A DNA stretch of 37,768 bases, from NCBI GenBank assembly GCA_050049035.1, contig JASFWU010000001.1:1-37768 (forward strand), written 5' to 3'. The notes beneath the pieces were generated by a model, which was given only the letters and a program-made list of their open reading frames with translations, did no database searches and was not told the DNA's origin. Every line of letters begins with the position of its first letter. The stretch's first letter is position 1. Shown here in pieces: positions 36,720-37,768 of this stretch. A program made the translations under genes and the position numbers. The DNA is from Akkermansiaceae bacterium. Lineage in GTDB: Bacteria > Verrucomicrobiota > Verrucomicrobiia > Verrucomicrobiales > Akkermansiaceae.

Positions 36720-37634
36720 TTACATCATGTTGGCCGACTCCTTTTTAATCGGCTTGGGAATGTGGTGTTTCCGGGCCATGGCCTGATAAGTCAGGTTTGA
36801 AACGCCGCGGATGACATTGGCTCGTCCCGAGATCCAGCTGCCATAGGCTTTGGTGCGGGTCTTGCGTTCGATGATCCCCACAAGGATGTAAGGGTAGGTC
36901 TTTCCGTTTTCTCCTTTCGCGAGGAGAATCCCCATATCGCCGCAGCACATCGCAGTGCTGCCGGTCTTGTTAAACACCTTGGTTCCTTCAGGAACTGACC
37001 TCACGCGGGTGTAAAGCCGGTCGATGCCGGGTAAACCCATAAGCCGGAGAATCTCGGTTGAGTAGGGAAGTCGCTTGTTCCAAAGTTCGATGAGAAAGCG
37101 GGTGTAATCGGCAGCCGATTCCCGGTTGCTGTAGGTTCGTCCGCCCGCCGGGATGTATTCCACCAGGCTCAACTGACGACAAAGCTGCGGATAATGGGCC
37201 TTCAAGAGCCTCGAGGTTTTTGCGGGCCCACCGGTTTGCCGCATCACCCAATTGGTGGAGTCGTTGTCACTCTTTTGAATCATGAGCTCCATGTGCTTCC
37301 GGCTGATGGGTCCGTATCTCAGCTGACCGGCATTGACCTGATGAAAAAAGGCCAGCGCAAGGTAGGGCTTGATCATGCTGGCGGCCTGAAGGCTGGTGTT
37401 TTCGTTGATGCTGGCAAGCTTTTGGCGGGTGGTCAGGTCATAGACCACCCAGGCCGTCCGCTCGTTGCTTTGCACGGCGCCGCTGGCCCGCTGGGATTTT
37501 ACGAATCGTTCGATGGCGGTTTCCAAGGAGCTTTCGTTGTCATCTTTGGCGATGGCGGTAGTTGAGAGCCCGAGGGAGGTGATGAGAACTCCGGCAGCTG
37601 CCGGAACGAATGATGATCTCAAAATTCGCTTCAT
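36720..37634 (-). CDS. Secreted class A beta-lactamase-fold serine hydrolase
   Basis: 304 aa with a signal peptide. The three class A motifs are present: SMIK (SxxK in AASMIKPYL), SDN and KTGS. I could not see a clear omega-loop ExxLN, so true beta-lactamase activity is uncertain. Confidence 0.7.
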   Translation of the reverse strand: MKRILRSSFVPAAAGVLITSLGLSTTAIAKDDNESSLETAIERFVKSQRASGAVQSNERTAWVVYDLTTRQKLASINENTSLQAASMIKPYLALAFFHQVNAGQLRYGPISRKHMELMIQKSDNDSTNWVMRQTGGPAKTSRLLKAHYPQLCRQLSLVEYIPAGGRTYSNRESAADYTRFLIELWNKRLPYSTEILRLMGLPGIDRLYTRVRSVPEGTKVFNKTGSTAMCCGDMGILLAKGENGKTYPYILVGIIERKTRTKAYGSWISGRANVIRGVSNLTYQAMARKHHIPKPIKKESANMM

Positions 37635-37768
37635 GATTTTTAATTATTTCGATGGCCTAATCTCTCAGGAGATTGAAACAACACCTCTCTATGAAGCGAA
37701 AAAGCGGGGTCATTTCAAGAGTTTATGGAGATTCCAGGAATCCCGGTGGCAGAGGACAAAAAAGAACC

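Noticed and set aside
37659-37751. Small palindromes upstream of the beta-lactamase-fold gene: AATCTC-tcag-GAGATT (37659-37674) and GATTCC-A-GGAATC (37739-37751).
   Set aside because: They are short (6-bp arms) with no repeated copy or recognisable consensus. They could be chance or operator sites, and the evidence is insufficient.
1-37768. I scanned intergenic regions for tRNA/rRNA genes, CRISPR repeats, IS elements or terminal inverted repeats, integrases, toxin-antitoxin pairs and defence-system hallmarks.
   Set aside because: None were found. Intergenic regions are short (the largest are about 160-200 nt), and there are no direct repeat arrays and no recombinase or transposase-like ORFs.

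Overview
This is a moderately GC-rich bacterial chromosomal window with 38 dense protein-coding genes and few recognisable Shine-Dalgarno sequences. Several protein architectures look typical of the PVC superphylum, probably Verrucomicrobiota, but that is an inference, not a search result. I found no rRNA, tRNA, CRISPR array, transposase, integrase or phage genes. The left two-thirds (1-19.3 kb) is mixed housekeeping and accessory content:
- a DUF4328-like membrane protein;
- a GbsR/MarR-type regulator followed by a five-gene operon of unknown function (DCC/DUF393 thiol oxidoreductase, two membrane proteins, an MBOAT_2-like acyltransferase and a YfcH-type SDR);
- recR and a secreted papain-like peptidase;
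- a ruvB-fur-family pair;
- a stand-alone Cys-poor (type B) ribosomal protein L36 gene that is missing from the ORF track;
- a MidA/NDUFAF7-like methyltransferase;
- a PBP1A-family gene coupled to two unknown genes;
- a large TPR protein and a Dabb-domain protein.
The right half (19.4-36.7 kb) is one uninterrupted same-strand block of 16 genes. It holds Alternative Complex III (actABCDEF), a small anchored protein, a cbb3-type CcoN/CcoO-like pair, a membrane-anchored monoheme cytochrome c, and an A-type aa3 oxidase in the order ctaD-ctaE-ctaF-two small membrane ORFs-coxB. A class A beta-lactamase-fold serine hydrolase follows on the minus strand. The most unusual observations are:
- the CcoN-like protein aligns clearly to cbb3 subunit I but lacks five of the six canonical metal-ligand histidines;
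- CtaE carries an insertion of about 400 aa in a periplasmic loop;
- the PBP1A homolog has a degenerate transpeptidase active site (TAFF for SxxK, SKI for SxN);
- two copies of an AACTTTCAG-N6-CTGAAA(G/A) operator bracket the GbsR-like regulator gene;
- a perfect TGTGA-N6-TCACA site lies upstream of actA.
All family assignments come from motif recognition by eye and need HMM or BLAST confirmation.
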